This document shows positions 11,937 to 24,815 of a DNA stretch of 64,000 bases, one piece after another. Below the pieces are notes generated by a model, which saw only the letters and a program-made list of their open reading frames with translations, did not search any database and was not told the DNA's origin. Within the stretch, counting starts at the first letter, position 1, and every line of letters begins with the position of its first letter. The DNA comes from Neophaeotheca triangularis (Eukaryota), in assembly GCA_054600435.1 (NCBI GenBank), contig BAAIJX010000016.1, forward strand, positions 186,001 through 250,000. Reading direction: 5' to 3'. A program made the translations under genes and the position numbers.

Positions 11937-13627
11937 TCATCCAAGCTCCATACTGTGCCTTCTCCCTTCACCCTTACGCTTGAGAGGTACTTCATCTTTC
12001 AGCTTATCGTCCTCAATTTCATCACCCTCGAGCCGTTTCTTCATTTTAGTGACGGGCCATGGCTTGCAAATGTCTATCTGGTCGCGAGGGTACATGACCT
12101 CTAGTACGCAATAGATCAGATAGTCAATCACGACCACCAGCACGAAGAGCTTGCCCGCCCAGATACCGCATCCATAGTAACGCTTGAGACGGTCGATCAA
12201 CGCGAATGAAGTTTGAGAGGGCTGGCCGTACTGTGCCCATTCGCCGTCGTAGAAGCCTTCGTTGTCAGGCGCTGAGGGAGAGTTGGTGATGAGGTCGTAG
12301 ACTCGTTCAGTTCTCCTCGCGATATCAGACCACGAGTACATCATCTTGACCTGATCGTGAAAGCGATCGCGTCGGACTGCTCGACCTCCTCCACCGCCTG
12401 TCAGTAGACCTATGGCGTCTCCTACACCACGTATCACGTCCTGTACCTCCGGATCGACGAAGACAGTCATGTTGCTCGGAAGGACTTCTGGTACGCCACC
12501 GACTCTGGTCGCAACGATCATAAGTCCACAAGATGCTGCTTCCACCAGGACAGTGCCGAATGCCTCAGTTAGCGAGGTATGTAGTAGCAGGTGCCCGCGT
12601 ACCATGACATTGCGAACTTCTTCGTGACGGATACTGCCAAGAAGAACGACCCTGGCCTGGCCTTTCGAAGTGTACACTAGGTTTGAAGGGAGAGATTCCA
12701 AGGTCTGTTCCAGGTCGATGGCTTTTGGACCTGAGCCTGCGATAATGAACCGAAGGTTGGGATGGGTCTCGAGTAGCTTGGGTAGCGCTGAGATCAACAA
12801 GTCCGTACCTTTGTTGTAGAAGAGGCGGTTGATGACAATGATGGTGATCGGGTCTCCGGGAGCAAGTGGCTTGCTTGGATCTGGAGGTGGAGGGAGCAAT
12901 GCATCTTTTGAACCTTGCATGGACAGATGTGCTTCATGCGGTTGCAATGGACGAAAGTTGGAAGAAACAACGGCGTTGGGGATAACGCTGACGCTCAAGG
13001 GGTTGAGAGAGGCCCGGAGAGTGGTGTTTTCCTTGCAAGTGTGGGACACGCATATGACATGTCCGACATCGCTCAGACTGAACTTGAGTAGCTTATTGGC
13101 CATAATACTGGCAGCGTCTGAGAAACCAAAAAGGGAGTGATCTGTGAAGATAGTGTGGAGACTCATCGTTCTGGCATGGAGGATGCCTTCGTGACAAAGA
13201 TTGCTGAGGCTTGCGTGACCGTGCACAATCTGAATCTGCTCGCGGATAAAGATCTGGCGCAGAATAGGAAAGCTGCTGAAGACCGTAGGGAACGTCGTAC
13301 TGCGGTAGACGACCAGATGAGGGATGTGGTAGACCTTCAGGCGGTTGGTGAGATAGCGGATGCCAGTTCGAGAAGGGTTCTGGTATGCATGGGTAATTAT
13401 GATGACCCGATGGCCGCGGTCTATGAGTTTCTGCAGAGAATGTCAGCGATGCTGATCTATAATCGTAAAGGGGGTTCTCCGAGAGCTTACCGAAGACAGC
13501 TGGTAGATATGACTTTCAACCCCGCCGGGCTGGGGATAGAAGAAGTCCGAAATCATCCTGATAGTACTGTCAGTATAGTCAGATTTGGTGAGCGTCATTA
13601 CTTTACTCACGCGATGTTGTACGGCAT
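11937..13627 (-). CDS. GPI3: Phosphatidylinositol N-acetylglucosaminyltransferase catalytic subunit (PIG-A/Gpi3/Spt14); 3 exons, introns 13558-13610 and 13431-13490
   Basis: Spliced N-terminus [90 protein letters not shown]; C-terminal TM helix. Confidence 0.95.
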
Positions 13628-13938
13628 CCTGGCGGTCGGTTGCCTACCCGGCCTTCAGGGGATGGTCGTGGTATATTTTCAGCCAGGAGCGAGGTGCATT
13701 CGGCGCGCGGAGCACCTCGTCGATATCGTCAAAAGCGCGGAGGTAGCGTCCATGAGCGTCTGCGAAATGTGATGAGATGGACCAAAACCATATGGGAAGC
13801 TATCGTGGTAACGTTTAGGCGAAGCAAAGTACCGCAACGGAGGTCGCGCTTCCCAAAGGAGAGTGTCCGAAACAGGAAGGTACAGCCGACTTCGAGATAA
13901 CTTCATACTTCGCCAAGAAGCTCAATCCTCAAAACACC

Positions 13939-16857
13939 ATGGCGCCGCTATACAATCGCTACGTTCCGCCCAAGGCGTCAAACGCGGCCGCCGAGGCGCC
14001 AAAGCCTACTCCAAGCGATGAGTCAAACCGTAAACGGGAACGCAGCGAGGCAGAGGTGGAAGAGCGCAAAGCGAAAAAGCTGAGGAAAAAAGGCGTGGAC
14101 CCGCAGGCTAAGCCCAAGGCAGAGGAAACGAATGCGCACGTCAAGGAGGTGATCGCTCCAGCGTCAGCACCGCCAGAATCGCCTATTCTCGAGCTGCAGG
14201 AAGCTGTACAGGAAGCGTCGAAGCCTGAATCAGCTGGAGGAGAATTTGCCCACATCAAAAATGTGAAAAAGAGGCATAAGCTTGAGAAGGAGGCTCGCAA
14301 GGCTAGAAAAGATGCTGAGAAGCAAGCGAAGGTTGAGGGAATGCAGCCGGTTGGGAACGAGGTTGGTCCTGTCGCGTCGGACCTGAGCGGTGAGAAGGGG
14401 ACTAAGAACGACGAGCCTACCACGGCTGCGACTCCTGCCACAGGCTCCACCGTAGATACCATGGCAGTTGAGCCCGAGGTACCGAAGGAGAAGCAGAGGA
14501 AACGGAGAAAGGATCGAGCGCCTTCACCGGTCGAAGAGGATGAAGAGGTTCGCGGCGCAGGTGGAGAACCAGATGCTGAAGCTGAGCCGGCCACGAATGG
14601 ATCGAGGCCTGAAACCGAGATTGAAGGACATCTTGATGAGCAGCGGGGTACAAATTCTGGAGAAGCTACCACGAAACCTAAGAAGAGAAGGCACAGGCTT
14701 GAAGCCGTATTGGAGAATGGCGACGCCCCTGAGGAACGTGACGGAGAAGATGACGAACATCTCAAGAACCACAAGCGTCTCCTAGGCAAATTTCAAAAGT
14801 CTCTTAAGCTTGCAAAGGACGCGCCGGCACCGTCTGAGCCTGCGTCTGGTGATGAAGAAAAGCCAAAGCCTGTCCTCCACGACCTTGTACCTCTACCTAC
14901 AGTAGAAGCCGTTGAAGCTCCTGAGTTTAAGCCGGACTACTCTGACCTTCCTGACTGGCTCGCCAAACCTACAGTCATCTCCAGCGATGCCACACAGACC
15001 TTCGTGGACATGAAAATGTCCACGAAGGCAGTACAGCAGCTGAAAGGGTTACGATTCGAGACGGCCATGCCTGTCCAGCAGGCCTTAATACCTTTACTCT
15101 TGCCTTGCGGGGTGCCTGGATCAAGCTTCATGCCTGGCACTGAGGATATACTACCAGACATCGCTGTCAGTGCTCCCACAGGAAGTGGCAAGACGCTCGC
15201 TTACCTCTTTCCAATGGTCGAGGCCCTGAAACAGCAAGGAGCAGACATAGGTAAATTAAGAGCCATGGTCGTTGTGCCTACAAGAGAGCTCGTGCAGCAA
15301 GTAGGCGCGGTCGCTGAAAGTCTCGCAAAGGGCAGCGGGATCAAGATCGGCATGGCCAGTGGCGCGGGAGGTTTCAAAGATGAGCAGGCTCGATTAGTGG
15401 AAGCCACTCTTCGTTACGACCCCAAGCAGCACGCCGCAATCGTGGCCAAGGCCACTCGACGAGACAATCCTCCGTCTCAAGACTCCGATGAGTTCGAAGA
15501 TTGGGTTGAGGAGCAGGACAACTTGGAGCCGCAAGAGGCGCATATTCTGGACGATGTGATCGATCTGCTTCCTGGGCACATACGAGAGTACATCTCGTCG
15601 GTAGACATTCTGGTGTGCACACCTGGTCGACTCCTCGAGCATATCAATAACACTTTCGGCTTTTCCATATCGCACGTCCAGTGGTTGGTACTTGATGAAG
15701 CTGACAAGCTACTCGACCAACAGTACGATGGCTTTCTGGAGACTTTGAATGAGAGGCTCAGCAAACCTAGATCTGCAGACGAGCAAGACGCTCGGGAGCG
15801 TTATCTCAGAGCTCAGGGCATCTGGAATGAGAATAGAGAGCGGCAGGTCAGGAAGTTGGTACTTTCCGCGACCATGACAAGAGACGTCTCGAAGCTCATG
15901 GCATTGGGGTTGAAGAGACCGAAGCTTGTTGTTATCAGGGGCAGCGAACAGCATGCCGATGCCGAGGGCGGAGCAGATGAAGGAAGTGTGAAACAAACTG
16001 GTGACGGTTTCGAACTGCCGCCTACACTTGCTGAATTCTCTGTGCCTGTCGGCGATGGCAGCGAAAAGCCGCTCTTCGTAATGGAGTTGCTCGAGTCCAA
16101 GATCATTCCCAAGTCATCTTCTCTCGTCGAACCCGCGAGCCAATCAAACGATGGCGATGGCGAGAGCAGTGATTCCGACTCGGATTCGGAATCAGACTCG
16201 AGCTCGGATTCATCATCGAATAGCAGCGACAGCCCCGACGACCAAAGCAGCAGCAGCTCCTCAAACGCAGCAAGCGACGACGAAAACGCCATGGAACTCG
16301 ACGAAGCACCGCTCCCCAGCCGACAACCCATCAAACCCCTCAAACCTGCTACCCTAGCGGCACCCACGATACTCATCTTCACCTCGAGCACCGAAACCGC
16401 CAACCGCCTCTCTCACCTGCTAAAAACGCTTCTCCCCTTGCAATCATCCCAAATCACCACCCTCACCAAAAACGCCTCCAAACCCCCCCATTTCGCCTCC
16501 ACATCTCAAAGCACCCCAATCATCACAATTGCCACCGACCGCGCCGCACGCGGTCTGGACACCCTCGCCAACAACCGCCCCATCACTCACGTCATCCAAT
16601 ACGACGTCCCTCGCTCTGTGGAGAACTACGTGCACCGTGTGGGCCGCACTGCGCGAGCCGGAAGGAGCGGGGAGGCTTGGACGCTCTATACGAGTAGTGA
16701 GGCGAGGTGGTTTGTCAAGGATGTTACTAAGGCGGAAGGGGTGGGGAGGAGGAGGGCGGTTGAAAGGGTCAGGGTTGTGGTTTCGGATGAGGAGGCGAGG
16801 GAGAGGTTTGTGCAGGCGGTTGAAGGGATGCGGGACGAGGTTTATGGGAGAAAGTAG
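13939..16857 (+). CDS. DBP6: DEAD-box RNA helicase, Dbp6/DDX51 type
   Basis: [50 protein letters not shown]-terminal YNRYVPPK and long charged region; divergent from GPI3 across ~310 bp. Confidence 0.9.
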   Translation: MAPLYNRYVPPKASNAAAEAPKPTPSDESNRKRERSEAEVEERKAKKLRKKGVDPQAKPKAEETNAHVKEVIAPASAPPESPILELQEAVQEASKPESAGGEFAHIKNVKKRHKLEKEARKARKDAEKQAKVEGMQPVGNEVGPVASDLSGEKGTKNDEPTTAATPATGSTVDTMAVEPEVPKEKQRKRRKDRAPSPVEEDEEVRGAGGEPDAEAEPATNGSRPETEIEGHLDEQRGTNSGEATTKPKKRRHRLEAVLENGDAPEERDGEDDEHLKNHKRLLGKFQKSLKLAKDAPAPSEPASGDEEKPKPVLHDLVPLPTVEAVEAPEFKPDYSDLPDWLAKPTVISSDATQTFVDMKMSTKAVQQLKGLRFETAMPVQQALIPLLLPCGVPGSSFMPGTEDILPDIAVSAPTGSGKTLAYLFPMVEALKQQGADIGKLRAMVVVPTRELVQQVGAVAESLAKGSGIKIGMASGAGGFKDEQARLVEATLRYDPKQHAAIVAKATRRDNPPSQDSDEFEDWVEEQDNLEPQEAHILDDVIDLLPGHIREYISSVDILVCTPGRLLEHINNTFGFSISHVQWLVLDEADKLLDQQYDGFLETLNERLSKPRSADEQDARERYLRAQGIWNENRERQVRKLVLSATMTRDVSKLMALGLKRPKLVVIRGSEQHADAEGGADEGSVKQTGDGFELPPTLAEFSVPVGDGSEKPLFVMELLESKIIPKSSSLVEPASQSNDGDGESSDSDSDSESDSSSDSSSNSSDSPDDQSSSSSSNAASDDENAMELDEAPLPSRQPIKPLKPATLAAPTILIFTSSTETANRLSHLLKTLLPLQSSQITTLTKNASKPPHFASTSQSTPIITIATDRAARGLDTLANNRPITHVIQYDVPRSVENYVHRVGRTARAGRSGEAWTLYTSSEARWFVKDVTKAEGVGRRRAVERVRVVVSDEEARERFVQAVEGMRDEVYGRK

Positions 16858-17849
16858 GGCGAAAAGAGAGTTGAGGGTGGGGGGTTGGGTAGAAGTGGTT
16901 TTGGATCATCCTTGTTGTTAGAGAATAGAGACCTGAGGCGCAAGCCTTGGATGTATCAACATTTATGCGGTCCTAATTTGGAGAAGTACGACAGGCGGCG
17001 GGAAGCTGTATTGATAGCCAGAACGAAATGTTGATTGCAGGATTTAATTCCGAGATGTCTTTTGAGCTCTCACTTTCTTCGTTGAGTATCAAACAGCCTT
17101 CCAGAGGTTGCTATAATTTTACGAGAATGTGTTGTTGCTTGGGTGACGGCGAGGTGAGTACTCCGACCTACCTGACATTTGCACTGGCGCTGACGTTTGA
17201 AAATGGTCGTCAGCTCCCTCTGGCGAAAGCATACACTTCCTACACGTTGTGTTAGAGATGTTCAGTAATCCTTAAAGACGACTTCAGATAGATTGCGCCC
17301 TGTCGGAGCTGTCGCCGTCACCCGATGAATGATGCCGGGCTTCACCACCGCCCCCGGCAACATGGCTTTCTCAAATGCCGTCTGCTCTCACCATCGACAA
17401 TACTTCCTCCGACGTTGTAGTCCTTAGACTTGATCATCATTGTGACAACATGAAACTTGGATTAACAAAAACTGCTAGACAAACCTCAAGAGTTGTTCTT
17501 CGTATAGGGCAGATGTCGTCTCGCTCTACAGTAACGTGTAGCAGCGTAGCCGTCGCCATCGCCGCCGCCAACAGCTCAAAACGCTATTCGCCAACTCGAC
17601 TAACTCTAGTCCCACACGGCCTGCTTCCCCCCCAGACCAAACAAACTAGGTAAAACCGCGGAAAATGTGCGTTGATTTCATACCTCAGGAATCCCTCGCA
17701 AAAGCCTGTAGTCATGTCATGGCATAGCGCTGGGCGAAAAAATCGCATTCTCAAAGCCATTGGCTCCCCAAAAGGTAGTACAAAGCATTATTATTCCCAT
17801 CCTCAAGCACCCATTCTATCCTCGGCTCACCCCCCAACCCCCTTCCAAA

Positions 17850-18800
17850 ATGGTTCCCCAAGACTCTGCCCCCTTCACCGTGACCCCAGTCCAAGGCAAA
17901 GGCCTCGGCGTCCTCGCCACGCAGCCCATCGCCCCCGGAACACAAATCCTCTCGGAACCCCCTCTCTTCACCACCGCCTCCCTATCAAACCCCACAACCA
18001 TTGAAAAAGACCTGGGCGCCATAGTCCGCTCCCTGCCCAAAGACTCACAGCGCGCCTTCCTAAGCCTCCACAACAACTCCCCCGGCCCGGACCCCTTCTC
18101 CAACATCATCCGCAGCAACGGCTACCCGCTCGGCCCCTCCAGCCCCATCGGCGGCATCTTCCCCCTCGTCGCCCGCCTCAACCACTCCTGCCTCCCCAAC
18201 GCCCAACACGCCTTCGACCCCACCACAAACCTCATGCGCATCCACGCCCTGCGACCCATCGCCCCAAACGAAGAAATCACCCTCGCCTACACCACCGGCG
18301 GCCCCTCCACCACCCGCAAAGCCAACCTGAAAACCTACTTCAACTTCGCCTGCACCTGCGAAATCTGCGCCCTGCCCGGTCCCCAGCAAACCACCAGCGA
18401 CGCCAACTACACGCACATGACGGCGCTGGACGACGGCATCGGCGACGCGAAACGCGTGCAGCTGAGCCCCGAAAAGGCGCTGCGCGACTGCCGCGAGCTG
18501 TTGGCTCTCTACCGCGCCGAGCGCGTCTGCGACCTCCGCTTGCCCAGGCTGTGGTACGATGCTTTCCAGATTTGCGCCATGCACTCTGACGCGGCACGGG
18601 CGAGGGTTTTTGCCGGCTTGAGCGCTCGCGCGAGAGTGCTGTGTGAAGGCGCGGGGAGCGCGGAAGCGGCGAATTGTCGCGAGTTGGCGCGGAGGCCCGA
18701 GGGGTTTGAGAATTGGGGCGTTACTAAGCGGTGGGTGAGTCGGGTTGGGGAAGGGGAGGGAAGGGAGGGGGATGAGGCGTGGCTTTTTAGGGATGCGTGA
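17850..18800 (+). CDS. SET-domain lysine methyltransferase-like protein
   Basis: GKGLGVLATQPIAPG, ARLNHSCLPNA, EEITLAY and post-SET FACTCEIC. ATG 17850 in caaaATGg context. Confidence 0.85.
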   Translation: MVPQDSAPFTVTPVQGKGLGVLATQPIAPGTQILSEPPLFTTASLSNPTTIEKDLGAIVRSLPKDSQRAFLSLHNNSPGPDPFSNIIRSNGYPLGPSSPIGGIFPLVARLNHSCLPNAQHAFDPTTNLMRIHALRPIAPNEEITLAYTTGGPSTTRKANLKTYFNFACTCEICALPGPQQTTSDANYTHMTALDDGIGDAKRVQLSPEKALRDCRELLALYRAERVCDLRLPRLWYDAFQICAMHSDAARARVFAGLSARARVLCEGAGSAEAANCRELARRPEGFENWGVTKRWVSRVGEGEGREGDEAWLFRDA

Positions 18801-20498
18801 TTTTTCGTTTTGTTTGGTTGGGTGGGGTTGGTTTCGTGGGGTTTCGGGGTTATTTGGGGTTTTGCTGGCGCTTTTGGGCGGGTTTATGTCTTTTTGGCAT
18901 TTGTGTTTTTGTTTTTCTCCTTTGCTTTTTCGGTAGAGTTGGCCTGGGGTGCCTTGCTGAAAGGCTGGACGGCTAGATTTTAGATGGTGGACGGCTAGAT
19001 TGTTGACGGTACACGGTAGACCGAGTAGACGGTAGACGGAAACGAAGCACAGCGCTAAGTACTCTAGACATACAAGCAATCACACGACTTGACGATTAAT
19101 CCTCCCTTTCCCGGAAGAGAGCGCTAGGCTCCAGGCTTCACATAGATCTTGCGCAGTTGAATCTATCTGATAAAAGGAAAGAGAACACTTGATGCTCGGC
19201 CAATCGACCTCCGCTGCGAAATGAGGCAATGGCAAAGTTCTCCTAGACCTGGGGTTCTGACCACTGTAGGCAGCGAAAGGAAGCCAGAAGGCTTGGCCTT
19301 GTCCCCGACAACATTGTCACGTGAATCCGCCGACTCTCGCAGGAAGTTGTGAGTCCGACAAGCAGTCTACTGCGGACGGCCGCCCCTCGGGCCCAAGGGA
19401 GACGAGAGGAAGGGAAGAGAGTGTCTTGTGGAATTGGAATTGGAATTGCAGACCCACGGCGACTCTTGACACCTTCGCTTACACGTCAAAGGTTGCCTTG
19501 GCTGGCTCCGCATCGTCAAGGTAGGTGATTCTCTTCAACGGAGCTGATGTTGCCTTTGCACCACATGGCATGCGCTTCGTTTCGCTCGATGGCGGCGGCT
19601 CCGCTTACCTGCTCAGCTGTCGAGCGCCTTGGCTTACTAGTTCTCGCTAATGAGGCTAAGGGAACGGATTGCTTCCGGCCGGAGACATTGCGGATGGTTG
19701 GGCGACGAGGGAAGATAGGGATTGAGTAGAGCAGCTGGCTCCCCTGGTCGAGGGCTGTGGGCGAAGTTTTACCCTTGCCCAAGCACGCGCATGCCGGCTG
19801 CTCTTTGGGCAAGAGAGCAGGGGCACTGACTTTTGAGGCAGCCGTGCCAGGGAGAAGGCTATGGCGCGGCACTTGCTGCGGTGGGCTCGACAACTGAGAG
19901 TAGCGTTGGGTAAATGAAAGCAACTGGGGCAGTGCTTGTTTGATGAGCTTGGTGTGTGTACGCGGCGACGGTCGTTGGCGGTAAATAAAAGGTTCAAGTT
20001 TCAAAAAAGCTGCGCAGAACAGCAGAGGACATGTCGATTAAAAAGTCCGTTTCTCAATGGCACTTGTTACATTTTTTCTATTATATTATTAATATTATGA
20101 TCATTATTATTGATATTCATTGTCCATGTCGATCGGCGAGTCATGCAAGGGTTGGCAATTTGGCATACGGAGGTATACCCAAGTGCATTTCAAGTCTTTC
20201 TCATGTCGATCACTGAGGTAAAAAGGTACCTAGTACCCAATCGACGTCGGCGACTCGGCGTGAGACATATCCCGTGCGTGCATGTTGCTAGAGAGACGCC
20301 GCTATAGCTATAGACCTGTGCTTGGGTTGATGGGGCGGTTACGTAGGTACCTAACTAAAAGTAATGGGAAGTATCGTAGCCTTCGTAGGTGACATGGCGA
20401 CAGCACCAGGCTACGATATGCCAGTGCAGTAGTAGTTGATAAAATGCCTGGAGCTATGTCGTTCCGTACGCCCGTACCAGTACAGTAGGCAGGGTGTC

Positions 20499-20500
20499 TG

Positions 20501-20533
<33 letters not shown>
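20499..20533. repeat. (TG)n microsatellite
   Basis: Near-perfect TG run read directly. Confidence 0.9.
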
Positions 20534-20834
20534 AGGTAGGTTAATTGTGCCGGGAAGCCGTCGAGTATTCGGTCTAGATGAAGTTCAAGTTGTTCGTCGA
20601 AATCGTGGCGTCGCTACCTGTTATAATTAGGAGGAAAAGGAAAAGAAACAGTTGGTGTTGTAGTCGTCGTCGTAAACCTACAAGGCACGGGATTTCGCGG
20701 GATGCGCGCGATGCCTCAAGAACCTTGGAATGCTTAAGGTTACTAATGCCTATGAAAGTCGGCGATGAAAGGGTCCGACTCCGGCGACAACAAGCGAGCC
20801 AATGGAAATTGCAAAGGAGACGTCTTGCGCGTGG

Positions 20835-21986
20835 AACGGTCGTACACATCTACGAAGACTCGGATTTCTGTCCCTACGGCTCCGCTTAAACTTCTATTCT
20901 TTACTTACTTACCTATAATAATTACTAGGTACGATGTGACCGCGCCCTCTTAATGCTACTGCGCCTTCTTAAAATCATGATGCGACCGCGTCCTCTTAAG
21001 ACGACCGCGCCCTCTCAAAATGCGACTACGCCCTCTTTAAAATCATAACATGACTACGCCCTCTCGATACGGCCGCGCCCTCTTAATACGACTACGCCCT
21101 CTTGAAATCATGATGCAACCACGCCCTCTCAAAATGCGACTATGCCCTCTCAAAATCATTAGACGACCGCGCTCTCTTAAAGTTATAATGCGGTCGCGCC
21201 CTCTTAAAATTATGATGTAACTACGCCCTCTCAAAACGCAACTACGCCCTGTTATGGTAGGAGTTGTCTAGTAGGAGTAGCTTCCTGCCTTCCTGCCTAG
21301 AGGGGGAGAGAGAGTGTGTACTTCTAGCTTTAGCCTTACATAGAGAGCCTATCCATCTTTTACACACCACACATACTGACCCATACTGTCGTACTGTGTC
21401 ACGCCCTCTCAAAATCATAATGTAACCACGCCCTCTCGAAATTATTATGTAACTGTACCCTCTCAAAATGTAACCGCGCCCTCTTAAAATATAGTGCAAT
21501 TAAGACCGCTACCTTAAGATATAAAGATATGATAGCCTTAAGATATAACAGCCTTAAGATATAATAACCTTGAGATATAACTGCCTTAAGAATTAAGATA
21601 CCCTAATACAAGATAGAGTACCTACCTATCATTAAGTTCCTAGGTAATAGAAGAAATATAACGAATTTCATGTTTTCCCCTACTAGGCCTATAAGAGCAT
21701 GTTCTTCTTTTTTCGAGAGGTCGTCGCATTTTGAGAGGTCGCCGTCGCAGCTCGAGAGGTCGTCGCATTTTCAGAGGTCGTCGCATTTCGAGAGGTCGTA
21801 GTAGTATTAAGAGGTCGCCGTTACATTTCGAGAAGTCGTCGCATTTCGAGAGGTCGTCGCACCGAGAGGTCGCCGTCGCATTTCGAGAGAGCTGTTGTAG
21901 GTAAGTAAGTAAAGAATACCTAGGTAGAAGTTCAAGCGAGGCCGTAGGGACAGGAATCCGAGTCTTCGTAGGTGTGTACGACCGTC
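20835..21986. mobile_element. Non-autonomous foldback/MITE-like TIR element with RIP-type mutations and GTGG target duplication
   Basis: ~85-90 bp inverted repeats (20835-20920 vs reverse complement of 21894-21986). GTGG at 20831-20834 and 21987-21990. Subterminal arrays of related 18-30 bp units in opposite orientation; TA-rich core; no transposase ORF. Confidence 0.8.
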
Positions 21987-22370
21987 GTGGGGGCTGTGTC
22001 GGTAAGTCTGTCCTGTCCCTGTCCTGTCCTGTTCCGCTGTTACTGCCGGCGCGGCAGCATCGCCCGTCCTCCCTCCTCTCCATATCATCACTCCCTCTCC
22101 CTCATCACCACTCCCTCATCACCTCCATCTGCCACCGAAAACAACACTCGCTCAAGAGTCCGACGCTCTGCAGCCAATTTGTCCACTTCCATCCACCACG
22201 GGGCGCGAGAACCCGACCGCCGCGTAAGCCTGCGACGACGCCCTCGGCGAATACTACCACGACCACCACGACTCCTTAGGCCATCAACAGGCCAACATTT
22301 CCATCACATCTTGGCCCTACAAGGCATCTAGCGTCATCGCCACACGTCTTTTGCCGCCTGTAGCGGTTGA

Positions 22371-24130
22371 ATGGCAGCCTCGCAGCAGCACTACAACGCC
22401 ATGACCAGCGGCGGTAGGCCCCACAACCTCAAGACCGAATTCGACATGGACACCTTTTTCGACTTCAACCAAGGTGGCTCCCAACCTTCGCCTGCCACTG
22501 CCTCTTCTTCAAGGGGAGGTCAAGATGCGACTCCGAAACCCTCCAACCAGGACTGGAATCTGATGAGCCCCTTTGAGCCTACCGATGAGAGGCAAATCTA
22601 CAACGGCCCCAGCCACGACTATGGTGCTCACAAGCAACATGTTGGAATGCCCATGGGCATCATGAACACCATACCTCCTGTTGGCAACGCCATGTACGAC
22701 GGCTACAACTCTGGCATGGGTGACATGAACTTCAACTCGGGCTTGGACATGGGTTACAACAGTGGCATCGACTTGGATGCAGACATGAACATGGACTTTG
22801 GCAACCCGCAACCGTCCATGCAACAACCCGCCATGTTTTACCCACCCACTACGGCTGGCCCGTCAAACAGCACCTTCATCGACCCCAACAACATCAACCA
22901 GTCAGAGCCCCCAGTCGGCCGAGTCTGGCCCGGCATGCACTCTCAACAGGCCCAACAGGCCGCCATGCAGAAGCAACAACAGGCTCAGGCCATGCAACAG
23001 CGCCAGATGAAGATTCAGGCCCAAAGCGCACAATATCGCCAAGCTGCCAACCAAGGCCAAGGGCTTCAGCAACAACCTCAAGGCCAGAGCCAAGGAAAGC
23101 GTGCCTCCCACGTCACCGAACCTCATGTCGAAGAGTCCATCTCCCGTCTACTTCACCAAATGCGACAGAATAGTGCTGTATCGTCTGGTGACGATGCTGA
23201 CTCGCCCGGAGGCGTCTTGCCGCACATTGCTCGTATGAGGAAGGAGGAGGAGGACATGGATGAAGATGAGCGTCTGCTGGCATCCGAGGAGGGCAAGAAG
23301 CTGTCCTCGAAGGAGCGTCGCCAGCTTCGCAACAAAGTGTCTGCTCGTGCATTCCGTTCGCGCAGGAAGGGTGAGTTTGTCGTCATGTCAATATCGGAGC
23401 CCAGCTGCTAACGTACTGTAAAGAATACATCTCCCAGCTTGAAGGCGAGGTCGCCATGAAGAACCAGGAGGTTCAAAACTACAAGAACGAGAATTCCGCC
23501 CTCTACCAGGAGAACGAACGCTACCGCGGCCTCATCGAGACTCTTCTCCGCCACCCAGCTTTCACTCCCTTCATCGACGATATATCGAAGAACCCTGCTG
23601 CCCTCGGACTCGGCCAACAGCAGCAGCAACAGCAGCAGCAAGCCTCTCAGCAGATGCAAACCTCGCAGCAACCGACCCCCGTCCCGCAGCAACCCCAACA
23701 ACAAGCCGCAGTGGAGGACAGCAAGCCAGACTTTCTCAACTTCGATGCCAGCCAAGTGCAGATTCCGACTCAGCAGTCCATACAACAGCAGTCTAACGAA
23801 CAAGTCGGCTTGTCCATGATCCCCGAGGAGAACTTCAGCAAGCTCAATTTGGGTGGCTTCGCGCAGCAACCGATGAACTTCAACAACTTCAAGCAAGTCA
23901 ACGCTTACGCTGTCACGTCGATGCCGCAGGGTCCTGACCCAGTCACTTTGCTCGCCAACTCTGCTGTTCACTCGCCTCTATCTTCCGCTCGCCGCGCCCA
24001 CGTCGACGAGTCTGCTTCTCTTGGTTCTGACGCCACAGCCACCGCTGCTTCCTCTCCCGACTTCTCCGTTCTCCTGGCCAAGCTCGATGGGACCGCGAGA
24101 CGTATGGGTCTAGACAGCCACGAGACCTAG
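22371..24130 (+). CDS. bZIP transcription factor (resembles fungal LziP-type factors); intron 23371-23423
   Basis: KKLSSKERRQLRNKVSARAFRSRRK|EYISQLEGEV basic region and zipper after splicing GTGAGT...GCTAAC...AAG; Q-rich regions. Confidence 0.9.
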
Positions 24131-24815
24131 CCGAGACGCACCAGGCGAAGGACAACACCACAATTAGCATGAGGCATATTCTCGAAACACAGCAAAGCGA
24201 TTGAACACTGAACAACTTCCACCTTATCTAGGCTTTCAGCTTGCACACTCACCTTGCTCGCGAGAGCACAATTGACGCGTTCTTTTTTCCTTCTTTGGGA
24301 TAGACTCGAAACCAGGCGCTGGTAGCTTTGGGCGTTTTTGGCTGGCAGGAATTTTACTCTGTATCATTTGCGGAACAGAGTAGGGAGGGGAAAAGAGAGC
24401 GTTCAGCAGTCGATGCTGCGCCGTGGGTAAGAAAGGGAAAGGAAAGGAAAGGAAATGGAGTACATTTGTTGTGTAGTTTTTAGCTAGGCCTTACGAATAA
24501 TACGAAAGTTTTGCTCGTTGGGTTTGAGGGGCCGATTTTCGAGATTTTCCACTTTGAGATGTGACATTGGCCTATCCTTAAACATAGCCGCAAGTGTTTA
24601 TTAGGTATTTGTTCGTCGACATATATAAGAAGGCGCAGTGTACCCTATGTCACGAACGACATGATTTGTAGAAATGCCAAGCATACCATGGATCTCACGC
24701 CCAACTTTCAATGCCAAAATCTTTACCGTCGTTTCATACAAGACTCTAGACGCCATTGCTATTGAATGTCTCTCCTTCATTTTTGTAAATAGACTCAACT
24801 GCATACACCGTCAAA

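Noticed and set aside
13959..16403. Several minus-strand Ser-rich ORFs
   Set aside because: Antisense shadows of the charged regions of DBP6.
20930..21890. CRISPR-like repeat array
   Set aside because: Units abut without unique spacers, the context is fungal, there are no cas genes, and the repeats are explained as subterminal transposon arrays.
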